A stretch of 64,000 nucleotides of DNA from Alphaproteobacteria bacterium (GCA_046297835.1 JBKBHI010000006.1:112229-176228), one strand, 5' to 3'. Shown: positions 51,000-61,588, numbered from the stretch's first letter. Notes: generated by a model not told the origin, from the letters alone. Program-made: numbers and translations.

Positions 51000-51954
51000 A
51001 AGCTCCCGGGCCTGGCACCGACTGGTGGAAGCGCAGCTTCTGCACGTATTCCATCGGGTTCTTCGGCTTGACCCAAGCTCCCTCTGGACGATTCAGCCAG
51101 TCGAACAGGCGCGTCAGCAGGAAGCGCAGCGCCGCGCCGCGCGCGAGCAGCGGCAGGGCCGCGAGCTCGGCGTCGCCGATCGGCCGCACGTCGCGGTAGG
51201 CGAGCAGCATCGCGCGCGCCTTGGAGATGTTGAACATGCCGTCGGGCTCGAAGCACCAGGCGTTGAGGCACACCGCGAGGTCGTAGGCGAGAATGTCCTC
51301 GCAGGCGAAATAGAAGTCGATGACGCCCGAGAGCTTGTCGCCGAGGAAGAAGGCGTTGTCGGGAAACAGGTCGGCATGGATGATGCCGCGCGGCAGCGAT
51401 CCCGCGTCCGGCCAGTTCGCCGTGAGCCAAGCCACTTCGGTCTCGATCAAGCCTTCGAGGCCCGGCGCGACGTCGTTGGCCAGCGTCTTGGTCTCGCCGT
51501 AGAGCCGCTGCCAGCCTTGGAGCGACAGCGAATTGGCGCGGCGCAGCTCGAAGTCCTGCGCCGCCACATGCATCTCGGCCATGCCGCGCCCGAGGCCGGC
51601 GCAATGGTGCGGCAGGATGCGGCGCGGCGACATGCCGGCGAGGAAGCTGACGATGGCAGCGGGCCGGCCGGCAAGCTGGCGCAGCGCTTGGCCGTCCTTG
51701 GCGTGGATCGGCGTCGGGCAGGCGATGCCCTTGGCCGCCAGATGGTCCATCAGGCCGAGGAAGAACGGCAGGTCGGCGGGCGCGACCCGCTTTTCGTAAA
51801 GCGTCAGGATGTAATTGCCGCGCTCGGTCTGCAGCAGGAAGTTGGAATTTTCGACGCCCTCGGCGATGCCCTTGTACGAGCGGAGCGCGCCGAGATCGTA
51901 GGCGGCGAGAAACGCCGCCAATTCTTCGTCGCTGACTTCGGTATAGACGGCCAT
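50986..51954 (-). CDS. thrB: Homoserine kinase (type II, APH fold)
   Basis: [44 protein letters not shown]. Confidence 0.93.
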   Translation of the reverse strand: MAVYTEVSDEELAAFLAAYDLGALRSYKGIAEGVENSNFLLQTERGNYILTLYEKRVAPADLPFFLGLMDHLAAKGIACPTPIHAKDGQALRQLAGRPAAIVSFLAGMSPRRILPHHCAGLGRGMAEMHVAAQDFELRRANSLSLQGWQRLYGETKTLANDVAPGLEGLIETEVAWLTANWPDAGSLPRGIIHADLFPDNAFFLGDKLSGVIDFYFACEDILAYDLAVCLNAWCFEPDGMFNISKARAMLLAYRDVRPIGDAELAALPLLARGAALRFLLTRLFDWLNRPEGAWVKPKNPMEYVQKLRFHQSVPGPGAYGLD

Positions 51955-51967
51955 TCTCGTGCGTCGC

Positions 51968-52915
51968 CTATCCGGCCAGGGCGCGCGGCAGGCTGAAGAC
52001 GATGTCCTCGCGCGTCACCATCGCTTCTTCCAGCGTCACGTCGAAGCGCGTCTGCAGCGCGCGGATGACGTCCTGCACGAGAATCTCCGGGGCGCTCGCG
52101 CCGGCTGTCACGCCGAGCGCGCGCACGCCTTGCAGCTTTTCCCAGGGAATTTCGGCGGCGGTCTGCACCAGCACGCTGGTCTCGCAACCGAGCTGCGCCG
52201 CCAGTTCTTTCAGGCGCTGCGAGTTGGACGAATTCGGCGCGCCGACCACGAGGATCGCGTCGACGCGCGGCGCGATCGCCTTCACCGCCTCCTGGCGGTT
52301 GGTGGTGGCGTAGCAGATGTCGGCCTTGCCGGGGCCCTTGATGGAGGGGAAGCGGCGCTGCAAGGTCGCGACGATCTCGGCCGTATCGCCGACCGATAGC
52401 GTCGTCTGCGTCGCGTAGGCGAGATTGGCCGGATCGGCCGGCTGCACGGCTTCGGCGTCTGCCACGCTTTCGATCAGCGTCATGGCGCCCGCCGGCACCT
52501 GGCCCATGGTGCCGACCACCTCGGGATGGCCCTCATGGCCGATCAGCAGCACGTGGCGGCCCTGGAAATGGTGGCGCGCGGCTTCCGAATGGACCTTGCT
52601 GACCAGCGGGCAGGTGGCGTCGAGCGTCGCCAGGCCGCGGTCCTTGGCGTTCTGCACGACGGCTTTGGCGACGCCGTGGGCCGAGAAGATCACGTTCGCG
52701 CCGTCGGGAATCTCGTCGAGTTCCTCGACGAACACCGCGCCCTTGGCCTTGAGGCTGTCGACCACATGCTTGTTATGGACGATTTCGTGGCGGACATAGA
52801 CCGGCGCGCCGTAGCGGGCGAGGGCCTGCTCGACGATCTGGATCGCCCGGTCCACGCCGGCGCAGAAGCCGCGCGGGCTGGCGAGGAGGACGGAGAGGGC
52901 CGGCTTGTCGGACAT
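51968..52915 (-). CDS. ispH: 4-hydroxy-3-methylbut-2-enyl diphosphate reductase
   Basis: [46 protein letters not shown]. Confidence 0.97.
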   Translation of the reverse strand: MSDKPALSVLLASPRGFCAGVDRAIQIVEQALARYGAPVYVRHEIVHNKHVVDSLKAKGAVFVEELDEIPDGANVIFSAHGVAKAVVQNAKDRGLATLDATCPLVSKVHSEAARHHFQGRHVLLIGHEGHPEVVGTMGQVPAGAMTLIESVADAEAVQPADPANLAYATQTTLSVGDTAEIVATLQRRFPSIKGPGKADICYATTNRQEAVKAIAPRVDAILVVGAPNSSNSQRLKELAAQLGCETSVLVQTAAEIPWEKLQGVRALGVTAGASAPEILVQDVIRALQTRFDVTLEEAMVTREDIVFSLPRALAG

Positions 52916-53083
52916 ATGCGCCAAAAGCGGTGGAAAAGGGCGTTAAATCGCGGAAATCGCTGGAAAAACAGGCTGCTTGCGCGTTCCTGACTGACAAGGT
53001 AGTAACCCACCGGACGCAAACAAGCAATTTCCGCGCTTTCCGGCCGTTCCGGCCCGCCGCGCGCCTCTCCCGAAGGATCTCCG

Positions 53084-53323
53084 ATGGCCGAACCGGCGAT
53101 GCCGCGCGACAATTACTACGCCGTCGATCTCGAGCCCGACCGGGAATATCTCTGGTGCGCCTGCGGCTACAGCAAGAGCCAGCCGTTCTGCGACGGCTCG
53201 CACCAGGGCACCGAATTCCAGCCGAAAAGCGTGAAGGTCGGCGAGGCCATGACGTTGTATCTTTGCGGCTGCAAGCGCACGCAGGACCCGCCCTATTGCG
53301 ACGGCATGCACGCGTTGATTTGA
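53084..53323 (+). CDS. Double CDGSH [2Fe-2S] protein (CISD3/MiNT-like)
   Basis: WCACGYSKSQPFCDGSH and LCGCKRTQDPPYCDGMH. Confidence 0.92.
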   Translation: MAEPAMPRDNYYAVDLEPDREYLWCACGYSKSQPFCDGSHQGTEFQPKSVKVGEAMTLYLCGCKRTQDPPYCDGMHALI

Positions 53324-53354
53324 GCCCTCTTCCGACGTTTAGGGAATGCCGTCC

Positions 53355-53897
53355 ATGCGTATCGTTACCGCTCTCCGCTCCGCCGCCTTGCTGGCGCTCG
53401 CCGGCCTCGCCCTCGCCGCCTGCGATCCGTTCAAAAACACTACGCCGCAGTTCGCCTGCCCGCGCTTCGGCGGGCTGGAGACGGCGACGCAGCAGGTCAA
53501 GTTCCGCCCGGGCGCCGGCCGCGACCTGACCGACGTCATGTATATGGTGCGGCTCAACGGCGTGCAGCGGAGCTGCGAATACGACAGGAGCGGCGTCGCC
53601 ATGACCATGCGCGTCGGCTTCGCGCTCGAACTCGGCCCGGCCAACCCGGACCGCAACGCCAGCTTCCAATATTTCGTCGCCATCACCGATGCCGACAACC
53701 GCGTGCTGGCCAAGGAGGTTTTCACCACCGCGCTCGCTTTCCCGGAGAACGTCGGCTATGTCGAAAAGGCCGACGAACTGGACCAGCGCATTCCGTTGCC
53801 GGTCGGCCGCTCGGCCGCCGACTATCAGGTCATCGTCGGCCTGCAGCTCACCGAAGCCGAGTTGGACTACAACCGCCGGGCGCAAGTCGGGCGCTGA
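53355..53897 (+). CDS. Conserved hypothetical lipoprotein
   Basis: Lipobox LALAA-C; FACP, YFVAI, VLAKEVF, VGLQLT..EL.YN pattern; alternative ATG at 53346. Confidence 0.75.
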   Translation: MRIVTALRSAALLALAGLALAACDPFKNTTPQFACPRFGGLETATQQVKFRPGAGRDLTDVMYMVRLNGVQRSCEYDRSGVAMTMRVGFALELGPANPDRNASFQYFVAITDADNRVLAKEVFTTALAFPENVGYVEKADELDQRIPLPVGRSAADYQVIVGLQLTEAELDYNRRAQVGR

Positions 53898-53907
53898 TTC
53901 CTCTAAT

Positions 53908-53995
53908 CGTCATGCTCGGGCTTGACCCGAGCATCCATCTATCGAGCGCTTAAGCGACGGCTTAATGGACCCTCGGATCAAGTCCGAGGGTGACG
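53908..53995. repeat. CGTC-tagged REP dimer (26-nt spacer)
   Basis: CGTC-ATGCTCGGG-CTTGA-CCCGAGCAT-CCAT on + and CGTC-ACCCTCGGA-CTTGA-TCCGAGGGT-CCAT on -. Confidence 0.92.
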
Positions 53996-54071
53996 ATTTC
54001 TTAGAGTTTCGGGCATTTCCGCAGCTTTTCCAGAATCCTGTGGATGAAACCAGCCCTGGGGCGGGCCGCGA

Positions 54072-54099
54072 TTGACCCGCCCCAGGGCTGGTTTAGAAT
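54072..54099 (+). promoter_or_regulatory. sigma70-like promoter TTGACC-N16-TAGAAT for the gcv operon
   Basis: Good -35/-10 hexamers ending about 15-20 nt before the riboswitch. Confidence 0.65.
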
Positions 54100-54112
54100 G
54101 GCCGCGCGATCA

Positions 54113-54356
54113 GACGATCTCTGCGGGAGAGACCGCCGGCCTTTGCTTCTTGAATAAAGAGCCAAGGCGCGGGCGGAGCCGAAGGAGCAACCGCCCCGGA
54201 AACTCTCAGGCAAAAGGACCGCAGGGGGATGACGCTCTGGAAAGCGAATCGCGCAGCTTGCTAGGCGCGATTCCACCGACGAGGTAACGCTGCTCTCAAG
54301 CCTATTCGATAGGCGCGAGGGCGGACGAATCTTTCAGGTTCGAGGACAGAGGGGGC
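54113..54356 (+). ncRNA. Tandem glycine riboswitch
   Basis: Aptamer 1: GGAGAG..GCCGAAGGAGCAA..AACTCTCAGGCAAAAGGAC. Aptamer 2: CTCTGGAAAG..CACCGACG..ATCTTTCAGG..GACAGAG. Directly upstream of gcvT. Confidence 0.92.
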
Positions 54357-54409
54357 TGCCGGCGACTCGCCGGACAGCCACGACTCCGAATCGGATTGAA
54401 GGATCGCCT

Positions 54410-55525
54410 GTGTCGGACACCCCTGCTGAAACGTTGCGCCGCACCTCGCTGCACGGTCTCCATGTCGCGCTCGGCGCGAAGATGGTGCCGTTCGCCGGCT
54501 ACGACATGCCGGTGCAATATCCCGCCGGCATCATGGCCGAGCATCTGCATTGCCGCAGCGACGCCGGGCTGTTCGACGTCTCGCACATGGGTCAGGTCAA
54601 GCTGACCGGGCCGGACGCGGCGAAAGCGCTCGAAGCGCTGGTGCCCGGCGACATCCAGGCGTTAAAGCCCGGCGAGATGCGTTACACGCTGTTCACCAAC
54701 GATGCCGGCGGGATCCTCGACGATCTCATCGTCACCAACGCCGGCGACCATCTGTTCGTCGTGGTCAACGCCGCCTGCAAGGCGCAGGACATCGCCCATA
54801 TGAAGGCGAAGCTGCCGTCTTCGATCAAAGTCGAGGAGCTGGACGACCGCGCGCTGCTCGCGCTGCAAGGCCCGAAGGCGGCCGCGGTGATGGCGCGCTT
54901 CGCGCCGGAGGCCGTGAAGCTGCGCTTCATGAGCGCGGCGGCGATGACGATTCAGGGCGTTGCCTGCTTCATCACCCGCTCGGGCTACACCGGCGAGGAC
55001 GGGTTCGAGATTTCCATTCCCAACGACAAGGCCGAAGCCTTCGCCAAGGCGCTGCTCGCCGAGCCGGAGGTGAAGCCCATCGGCCTCGGCGCGCGCGACA
55101 CGCTGCGTCTCGAAGCCGGCCTCTGCCTCTACGGCCACGACATCGACCAGGGCACCACGCCCATCGAAGCCGGCCTCGCCTGGGCCGTCGGCAAGCGCCG
55201 CCGCGAAGAGGGCGGCTTCCCCGGTGCCGACATGATCCTGGCGCACTTGAAGGGCGGCGCGCCGCGCCGCCGCGTCGGCTTGCTGCCCGAAGGCCGCGCC
55301 CCGGCGCGCGACCACACGGAAATCCACGACGACGGCGAGCGCCGGCTCGGCGAGATCACCTCGGGCGGCTTCGGCCCGACGGTCGGCGGCCCCATCGCCA
55401 TGGGCTATGTCGAAGCTGCCTACGCCAAGCCGGGCACGATGGTGAACCTGATGGTGCGCGGCACGGCGCGCCCGGCGAAGGTCGTCGCCATGCCCTTCGT
55501 GCCCACCCGTTATTTCAAACCCTAA
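54410..55525 (+). CDS. gcvT: Glycine cleavage aminomethyltransferase T
   Basis: [52 protein letters not shown]. Confidence 0.97.
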   Translation: MSDTPAETLRRTSLHGLHVALGAKMVPFAGYDMPVQYPAGIMAEHLHCRSDAGLFDVSHMGQVKLTGPDAAKALEALVPGDIQALKPGEMRYTLFTNDAGGILDDLIVTNAGDHLFVVVNAACKAQDIAHMKAKLPSSIKVEELDDRALLALQGPKAAAVMARFAPEAVKLRFMSAAAMTIQGVACFITRSGYTGEDGFEISIPNDKAEAFAKALLAEPEVKPIGLGARDTLRLEAGLCLYGHDIDQGTTPIEAGLAWAVGKRRREEGGFPGADMILAHLKGGAPRRRVGLLPEGRAPARDHTEIHDDGERRLGEITSGGFGPTVGGPIAMGYVEAAYAKPGTMVNLMVRGTARPAKVVAMPFVPTRYFKP

Positions 55526-55541
55526 ACGCGAGAGCCATCCC

Positions 55542-55919
55542 ATGAGCGAGACGAAATACACGCAAGAGCACGAATGGATCCGCGTCGAGGGCGACGTCGG
55601 CACCGTCGGCATCACCGACTACGCCCAGGGCCAGCTCGGCGACGTGGTCTATGTCGAACTGCCCGCCGTCGGCAAGGCGGTCAAGCAGGGCGGCGACATG
55701 GCCGTGGTCGAATCGGTCAAGGCGGCGAGCGAGGTCTACGCGCCCGTCACCGGCGAGGTGGTCGAGGTCAACGACGAATTGACCGGCGCGCCGGAAACGG
55801 TCAACGCGGACGCCGACGGCAAGGGCTGGTTCGTCAAGATCAAGCTCGCCGACAAGGGCCAGCTTGCCGCGCTGATGGACAAAGCCGCTTACGACAAATT
55901 CTTGGCTGAGCTCGGCTAA
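55542..55919 (+). CDS. gcvH: Glycine cleavage H protein
   Basis: [21 protein letters not shown], lipoyl motif ESVKAASE. Confidence 0.97.
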   Translation: MSETKYTQEHEWIRVEGDVGTVGITDYAQGQLGDVVYVELPAVGKAVKQGGDMAVVESVKAASEVYAPVTGEVVEVNDELTGAPETVNADADGKGWFVKIKLADKGQLAALMDKAAYDKFLAELG

Positions 55920-55957
55920 CGCCGAGACGGCCTCACTCGGCTCACTAGGAACATCCC

Positions 55958-57304
55958 ATGCGCTATCTGCCGCTCACGCCCGACGACCGCCGCGCCATGC
56001 TCGGCGCCATCGGCGTCAAATCCGTCGACGATCTGTTCGTCGACGTGCCGCTTTCGGCGCGCCAGGCCAAGCCTTTGGACCTGCCGCCGCACGCCGGCGA
56101 ATTGGAAGTGGAGCGCGAGCTTTCGGCGCTCGCGGCGAAGAATCTCGCGGCGGGCCAGGCGAAAGCCAGCTTCATCGGCGCGGGCGCTTATCGCCATCAC
56201 GTGCCGGCGGCGGTCGATCACCTGATCCAGCGCGGCGAGTTCCTCACCGCCTACACGCCCTATCAGCCGGAAATCTCGCAGGGCACCCTGCAGATGCTGT
56301 TCGAATTCCAGAGCCAGGTGGCCCTGATCACCGGCATGGATGTCGCCAACGCTTCGATGTACGACGGCGCGACCTCGGCGGCCGAAGCGGTGCTGATGGC
56401 GCGGCGCACGGTCAAGCGCGACAAGGTCGTCATCTCCGCCGCCGTCCATCCGCATTACCGCGAGACCATCGAGACTTTCGCGCGCTACAGCGACGGCGAG
56501 ATCGCCGTCAACACGCCGGACCCGACCCAGGACGAAAATCTCGAAACGCTGATCGACGATCAAACCGCCTGCCTCGTGGTGCAGAACCCCGACGTGTTCG
56601 GCCGCATCCGCGATCTGTCGCCGCTCGCCCGCGCCTGCCAGGCCAAGGGCGCGCTGCTGATCGCCGTCGTCACCGAGGTCGTCTCGCTCGGCGCCATCGT
56701 GCCGCCCGGCGAGATGGGCGCGGACATCGTGGTGGCCGAAGGCCAGTCCATCGGCAACGGCCTCAATTTCGGCGGGCCCTATGTCGGCCTGTTCGCCACG
56801 CGCGACAAATACATCCGCCAGATGCCCGGCCGCCTCGCCGGCCAGACGACGGACGCGGACGGCAAGCGCGGCTTCGTGCTCACGCTGTCCACGCGCGAGC
56901 AGCATATCCGCCGCGAGAAGGCGACGAGCAACATCTGCACCAACGCTGGCCTCTGCGCCCTGGCATTCACCATCCACATGTCGCTGCTCGGCAGCGAGGG
57001 CCTGCGCCGGCTGGCGCGGCTCAACCACGCCAAGGCCGTGCAACTCGCCGATAAATTGGCCGCCGTGCCGGGCGCGAAGGTGCTGAACGCAACGTTCTTC
57101 AACGAATTCACGCTGCGCCTGCCCAAGCCCGCCGCGCCGGTGGTCGAGGCGCTCGCCGCGCAAGGCATCCTCGCTGGCGTGCCGCTCTCGCGCCTCTATC
57201 CGGGCGTCGAAACTCTCGCCAACGATCTGCTGATCGCCGTCACCGAAACCGCGACCGAGGCGCAGATGGATGCGCTGGTCGCTGGCCTGAAGGGAGCCGT
57301 TTGA
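55958..57304 (+). CDS. gcvPA: Glycine dehydrogenase subunit 1
   Basis: [48 protein letters not shown]. Confidence 0.96.
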   Translation: MRYLPLTPDDRRAMLGAIGVKSVDDLFVDVPLSARQAKPLDLPPHAGELEVERELSALAAKNLAAGQAKASFIGAGAYRHHVPAAVDHLIQRGEFLTAYTPYQPEISQGTLQMLFEFQSQVALITGMDVANASMYDGATSAAEAVLMARRTVKRDKVVISAAVHPHYRETIETFARYSDGEIAVNTPDPTQDENLETLIDDQTACLVVQNPDVFGRIRDLSPLARACQAKGALLIAVVTEVVSLGAIVPPGEMGADIVVAEGQSIGNGLNFGGPYVGLFATRDKYIRQMPGRLAGQTTDADGKRGFVLTLSTREQHIRREKATSNICTNAGLCALAFTIHMSLLGSEGLRRLARLNHAKAVQLADKLAAVPGAKVLNATFFNEFTLRLPKPAAPVVEALAAQGILAGVPLSRLYPGVETLANDLLIAVTETATEAQMDALVAGLKGAV

Positions 57305-58860
57305 TGGACGCGCGCAACACCCATATCGAAAGCCCCGCCGTCATCGGCGCCCATCCCGGCACGGCGACGGGCAACCGCGCCCTCATGATCGAGGAACAGT
57401 TGATCTTCGAGCAGGGCGAGCCGCAGCGCTGCGGCGTCGATCTGCCGGATGCGCCGCCGGTCGCCGACCGCCTCGGCGGCCTCGCGCGCAAGAGCGATCT
57501 CGGCCTGCCGGGCCTGTCGGAGCCGCAGGTCATCCGCCACTTCACGCGCCTGAGCCAGAAGAACTATTCCATCGACACGGGCCTGTTCCCGCTCGGCTCC
57601 TGCACGATGAAGCACAATCCGCGCCTCAACGAGAAGCTGGCCCGCCTGCCGGGCTTCGGCGACATCCATCCGATGCAGCCGGTCTCGACCGTGCAGGGCG
57701 CGCTGGAACTGATCGACACGCTCGCCCACTGGCTGAAGACGCTCACCGGCATGCCCGCCGTCGCCATGACGCCGGCCGCCGGCGCGCACGGCGAATTCTG
57801 CGGCTTGCTGACCATCCGCGCCGCGCATGAAGCCAAAGGCGACGCCCGCCGCCGCGTGCTGGTGCCGGAATCGGCGCACGGCACCAATCCGGCGACGGCG
57901 GCGGCGTGCGGCTACGAGGTCGAATCGATCCCCGCCACGCCGCGCGGCCGCGTCGATCTCGCCGCGCTGAAAGCCAAGCTCGGGCCCGACGTCGCCGCCA
58001 TCATGGTGACGAATCCGAACACCTGCGGCCTGTTCGAGGACGAAGTGATCGAGATCGCCAAGGCGGCGCACGATCACGGCGCGTATTTCTATTGCGACGG
58101 CGCGAACTTCAACGCCATCGTCGGCAAGGTGCGCCCGGCCGATCTCGGCGTCGACGTCATGCACATCAACCTGCACAAGACCTTCTCGACGCCGCACGGC
58201 GGCGGCGGTCCCGGCGCGGGGCCGGTCGTGCTCACTGCGGCCCTCGCGCCTTACGCGCCGACGCCGTGGGTCGTGCATGGCGAAAGCGGCTTCGATCTGC
58301 TGGAGACGCAGTCGGGTGCGGCCAAGGCGTCGGTCGGCCGGCTCAAGGCCTATCACGGCCAGATGGGCATGTTCGTGCGCGCCCTGGCCTACATGCTGAG
58401 CCACGGCGGCGACGGCTTGCGCCAGGTGGCGGAAGACGCCGTGCTCAACGCCAACTATCTGCTGGCGCGCTTGCGCGACGTCATGAGCCCGGCCTTCGGC
58501 GACGGCCCCTGCATGCACGAGGCCCTGTTCGACGATGCGTTCCTGGAGGGCACCGGCGTCACCACGCTCGATTTCGCCAAGGCGCTGATCGACGAGGGCT
58601 TCCATCCCACCACCATCTATTTCCCGCTGGTGGTGCATGGCGCGATGCTGATGGAGCCGACCGAGACCGAGAGCAAGGAAAGCCTCGATCAGTTCATCCT
58701 GGCGCTGCGCTCGCTCGCCGCGAAAGCCAAGGCCGGCGAGACCGCCTTCTTCCAGGCCGCGCCGCGTCTCACGCCGCGCCGCCGCCTCGACGAGACGGCC
58801 GCCGCGCGCAAGCCGATCCTGCGCTGGCGTCCGCCCGCGCCGGCGCAAGCGGCGGAATAA
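57301..58860 (+). CDS. gcvPB: Glycine dehydrogenase subunit 2
   Basis: [31 protein letters not shown]-Lys [16 protein letters not shown]; start is TTG 57301 or ATG 57304. Confidence 0.96.
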   Translation: MMDARNTHIESPAVIGAHPGTATGNRALMIEEQLIFEQGEPQRCGVDLPDAPPVADRLGGLARKSDLGLPGLSEPQVIRHFTRLSQKNYSIDTGLFPLGSCTMKHNPRLNEKLARLPGFGDIHPMQPVSTVQGALELIDTLAHWLKTLTGMPAVAMTPAAGAHGEFCGLLTIRAAHEAKGDARRRVLVPESAHGTNPATAAACGYEVESIPATPRGRVDLAALKAKLGPDVAAIMVTNPNTCGLFEDEVIEIAKAAHDHGAYFYCDGANFNAIVGKVRPADLGVDVMHINLHKTFSTPHGGGGPGAGPVVLTAALAPYAPTPWVVHGESGFDLLETQSGAAKASVGRLKAYHGQMGMFVRALAYMLSHGGDGLRQVAEDAVLNANYLLARLRDVMSPAFGDGPCMHEALFDDAFLEGTGVTTLDFAKALIDEGFHPTTIYFPLVVHGAMLMEPTETESKESLDQFILALRSLAAKAKAGETAFFQAAPRLTPRRRLDETAAARKPILRWRPPAPAQAAE

Positions 58861-58867
58861 GCCTCAG

Positions 58868-58894
58868 AAAGCCCCGCTTCGGCGGGGGCTTTTT
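58868..58894 (+). terminator. Intrinsic terminator of the gcv operon
   Basis: AAAGCCCCGC-TTCG-GCGGGGGCTTTTT. Confidence 0.85.
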
Positions 58895-58911
58895 CACATG
58901 GGAATTGAGTC

Positions 58912-58959
58912 GCACGGAACGTGCGCGCCTATGATGCACGGAACGTGCGCGCCTATGAT
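58912..58959. repeat. Exact 24-bp tandem duplication GCACGGAACGTGCGCGCCTATGAT x2
   Basis: Identical units at 58912-58935 and 58936-58959. Confidence 0.95.
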
Positions 58960-58991
58960 GGGCGCAACGCGCATCAAGGCTAAAGGTTGGC

Positions 58992-59016
58992 GGAACGACG
59001 CTGGATGCGTCTCGTT
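58992..59016 (+). promoter_or_regulatory. Candidate EcfG (general stress response) promoter GGAAC-N16-CGTT
   Basis: Matches the alphaproteobacterial sigma-EcfG consensus, about 40 nt upstream of the ATG at 59058. Confidence 0.6.
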
Positions 59017-59057
59017 CCTTCTACGGGTGGGATGCACCGCGTAGGAGGATTATTTTC

Positions 59058-59462
59058 ATGGGACATCATCGTTCGAATTTGAGCAAGGGGCTGCTGGCCG
59101 GGGCGTTCGCCGCCGGCATGAGCGTCGCCGGCGCGTCGCTCGCGCTCGCGCAATCGTCCGGCGCTTCGCCGGCCACGCCGCCGTCCGCCGCCGCCGCGTC
59201 GATCACGCAGCAGGAGCTCAAGACCTTCGCCGTCGCCGCGCTCGAGGTGAAGAAGATCAACGACACCTACCGGCCGCGCTATCAGTCGGCCGAAACGCCG
59301 GCCGCCAAGGAGCAGGTCCGGAAAGAGGCGACGGAGAAAATGTCCTCCGCCGTCCAGCAGCAGGGCCTCTCCGTCGATAAATACAATCAGATCGTCCGCG
59401 TCGCCCAGGCCGACCCGGAAGTCGCCAAACAGATCGACGATTACGCCCGCCAGGCCAATTAA
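59058..59462 (+). CDS. Secreted DUF4168-like protein
   Basis: RBS AGGAGG; signal peptide; ELKTFA.A..EV..I...Y, AVQQQGLSVDKYNQI...AQADPE. Confidence 0.8.
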   Translation: MGHHRSNLSKGLLAGAFAAGMSVAGASLALAQSSGASPATPPSAAAASITQQELKTFAVAALEVKKINDTYRPRYQSAETPAAKEQVRKEATEKMSSAVQQQGLSVDKYNQIVRVAQADPEVAKQIDDYARQAN

Positions 59463-59645
59463 CCCGGCGGCGCGAGCGATTGAACGGGGCCGGCGCTGTC
59501 CGGCCCCGTGGTCGCCGCCGCGTCGCCGCCCCGTCGCCACGTCGACTCTCACGCAATCGTAGGGCGGATTCCGCGTCCCGGCTTGGCTATACTGGACGGC
59601 AGGGATGACCTCCCATCCATCGAACGGCCAGAAGAGGGAACTGCC

Positions 59646-59996
59646 ATGTCCTCCGCCCCCGCGACCGCCCGATTTGCCGCTGTCGTTTTGCTAGCGGCCG
59701 CTTTGTTCGCCCCGCCGGCTTTGGCGCAAGCGGTGAGCGATCAGGATCTGCGCGCTTTCGCCGCCGCGACCGCGAAAATCCGCCTCATCGACCGCGATTA
59801 CACCATCAAGAAGGACGGCAAGTCCGATGCCGAGCGCGCCGCCTTGAGCAAGGAAGAGGACGCCGCCAATCTCGCCGCCGTCCAGGGCGCCGGCCTGACG
59901 CCGACGCGCTACAACGCGATCTCCAAGGCGATGCAGGATGATCCGGCGCTGGCCAAGAAGGCTTACGAATACATCTACGCCGCGCCGGTGAAGTGA
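59646..59996 (+). CDS. Secreted DUF4168-like protein (paralog)
   Basis: Signal peptide ending ALAQ; VSDQDLRAFAAA, AVQGAGLTPTRYNAI..AMQDDPAL. Confidence 0.75.
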   Translation: MSSAPATARFAAVVLLAAALFAPPALAQAVSDQDLRAFAAATAKIRLIDRDYTIKKDGKSDAERAALSKEEDAANLAAVQGAGLTPTRYNAISKAMQDDPALAKKAYEYIYAAPVK

Positions 59997-60018
59997 GGGG
60001 CGCGACGTTTTTTCACAC

Positions 60019-60107
60019 CGTCATGCCCGCACTTGTTGCGGGCATCCACGCCTTGCGATGCGCATAGAAGAAAGTCGTGGATGGCCGGAACAAGTCCGGC
60101 CATGACG
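60019..60107. repeat. CGTC-tagged REP dimer (27-nt spacer)
   Basis: CGTC-ATGCCCGCA-CTTGT-TGCGGGCAT-CCAC on + and CGTC-ATGGCCGGA-CTTGT-TCCGGCCAT-CCAC on -. Confidence 0.92.
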
Positions 60108-60137
60108 TACTGAAAAGTTGGAGAGAATGCCCCAACG

Positions 60138-60168
60138 AAAAAGCCCCGCCGATCCGGCGGGGCTTTTT
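60138..60168. terminator. Bidirectional intrinsic terminator (end of the atp F0 operon)
   Basis: AAAAAGCCCCGCCG-ATC-CGGCGGGGCTTTTT. Confidence 0.88.
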
Positions 60169-60204
60169 GCATTCGCTAGGGCGAAGCGGCTTAGTGCAGC
60201 TGGC

Positions 60205-60744
60205 TCAGTGAAGTTTTTTGGGCAGCTCGCCGATGGCGGCGTCGACCAGGCTCTGCGCCTTGCCGGCATCCAAGTTCTTCTCGATCAGCTCGCGGGTCGC
60301 GGCCAGGGCGACGTCCACGGCGGCGTTACGCACATCGTCCACGGCGCGCGCTTCGGCCTGGGCGATCTTGTCGAGCGCGAGCTGCTCGCGGCGCTTGAGC
60401 GACGCGGCCAGTTCCGTCGCGGCTTCCTCGGCCAGGCGCTTGGCCTCGGCTTCGGCGTTGGCGAGGATGTCCTCGGCCTCTTTCAGCGCTTCGCGGCTCT
60501 TGCGCTGATAGGAGGCGAGCAGCGCCTGGGCTTCGTCGCGCAGGCGGGCGGCTTCCTCGATTTCGGTCTCGATCTTCTTGGAGCGGCCGTCGAGCGCCGC
60601 GCCGATCTTCTGGCTGACGGGGCGGGCCAGCAGGCCGACGAACAGGGCGAAGGAGACGGCGAGCCAGAACTCGGGGGTCGAGAACAGCGACGCGCTGTGC
60701 TCGCCGGTGCTGGCCGCGTAGGCGGTGGAGATGAACATGCTCAA
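60205..60744 (-). CDS. atpF: F0 ATP synthase subunit b
   Basis: FW..VSF.LF TM helix followed by LD.R...I..EIEEA..LR.EA coiled coil; the start may be 60738. Confidence 0.92.
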   Translation of the reverse strand: MSMFISTAYAASTGEHSASLFSTPEFWLAVSFALFVGLLARPVSQKIGAALDGRSKKIETEIEEAARLRDEAQALLASYQRKSREALKEAEDILANAEAEAKRLAEEAATELAASLKRREQLALDKIAQAEARAVDDVRNAAVDVALAATRELIEKNLDAGKAQSLVDAAIGELPKKLH

Positions 60745-61235
60745 TGGCCTTTCGCGGCGGCGGCCGTCTTGACGGCGGCGTCGGCGGTGGCGGCGTCGAT
60801 ATCCTGGCCGAGCAATTTCCGGACCGCCTCGCGGGCGATCTCGGAGGCGATGGCCTGGGTGTGCGACAGGGCGCCGGCGCGGGCGGCGGCGATCTTGTCC
60901 TCGGCGTCCTTGGTCTGGGCGGCGAGGGTGGCGGCCACCGTCTGCTGGCGGGCCGTCGCCTCCTTATGGGCGCGGTCGGCGGCGGCGGCGGTCAAGGCGT
61001 GGGCCTTGGCGCGGCTTTCGGCCAGGGCCTTCTCGTAGGCGGCTTTCGCCGTCTCGGCTTCCGCGCGCAAGGCCGCGGCCTTGTCGAGGTTGCCGTCGAT
61101 GCGCTTCTTGCGCTCCTCCAGCACTTCGCCGATGCGCGGCAAGGCGAGCTTGGCCATCAGCACGTAGAGGAGGATGAACGTGATCGCCAGCCAGACGAGC
61201 TGGGGGGCGAAGGAAGACGGATCGAGTTGCGGCAC
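60741..61235 (-). CDS. F0 ATP synthase subunit b'
   Basis: [23 protein letters not shown]...ALPRI; RBS AAGGAG. Confidence 0.92.
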   Translation of the reverse strand: MPQLDPSSFAPQLVWLAITFILLYVLMAKLALPRIGEVLEERKKRIDGNLDKAAALRAEAETAKAAYEKALAESRAKAHALTAAAADRAHKEATARQQTVAATLAAQTKDAEDKIAAARAGALSHTQAIASEIAREAVRKLLGQDIDAATADAAVKTAAAAKGH

Positions 61236-61320
61236 GGGCGTGCGGCTCCTTTAAGGGCTGAAACGACAAGCGGGGCCCGGCGCCAAAAAAGGCATGGGCG
61301 CCGGACCCCGCGAAACCGTC

Positions 61321-61545
61321 TTAGCCGAACAGGATCAGGAACGCGATCAGCAGCGCGAACAGCGCGATGGCTTCCACCAGCGCGAAGCCCAGCATCGTGA
61401 ACGGGAACACGATCGGGCGGGCGGCCGGGTTGCGGGCGACCGAGCTGATGAACGACGAGAAGATGTTGCCGATGCCGATGCCGACGCCGAAGAGACAGAT
61501 AACGGCGAGACCGGCACCGATGTACTTAGCGGCTTGAACGTCCAT
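61321..61545 (-). CDS. atpE: F0 ATP synthase subunit c
   Basis: [18 protein letters not shown], proton-carrying LVEAIA. Confidence 0.96.
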   Translation of the reverse strand: MDVQAAKYIGAGLAVICLFGVGIGIGNIFSSFISSVARNPAARPIVFPFTMLGFALVEAIALFALLIAFLILFG

Positions 61546-61588
61546 GATTTCCAACTTTTCTTAAGGTTAGGGGCAGGGAGGTGGTGGC

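Noticed and set aside
55958-58860. Split gcvP as a possible frameshifted pseudogene
   Set aside because: The two-subunit GcvPA/GcvPB form is a normal known arrangement, and both parts are intact.
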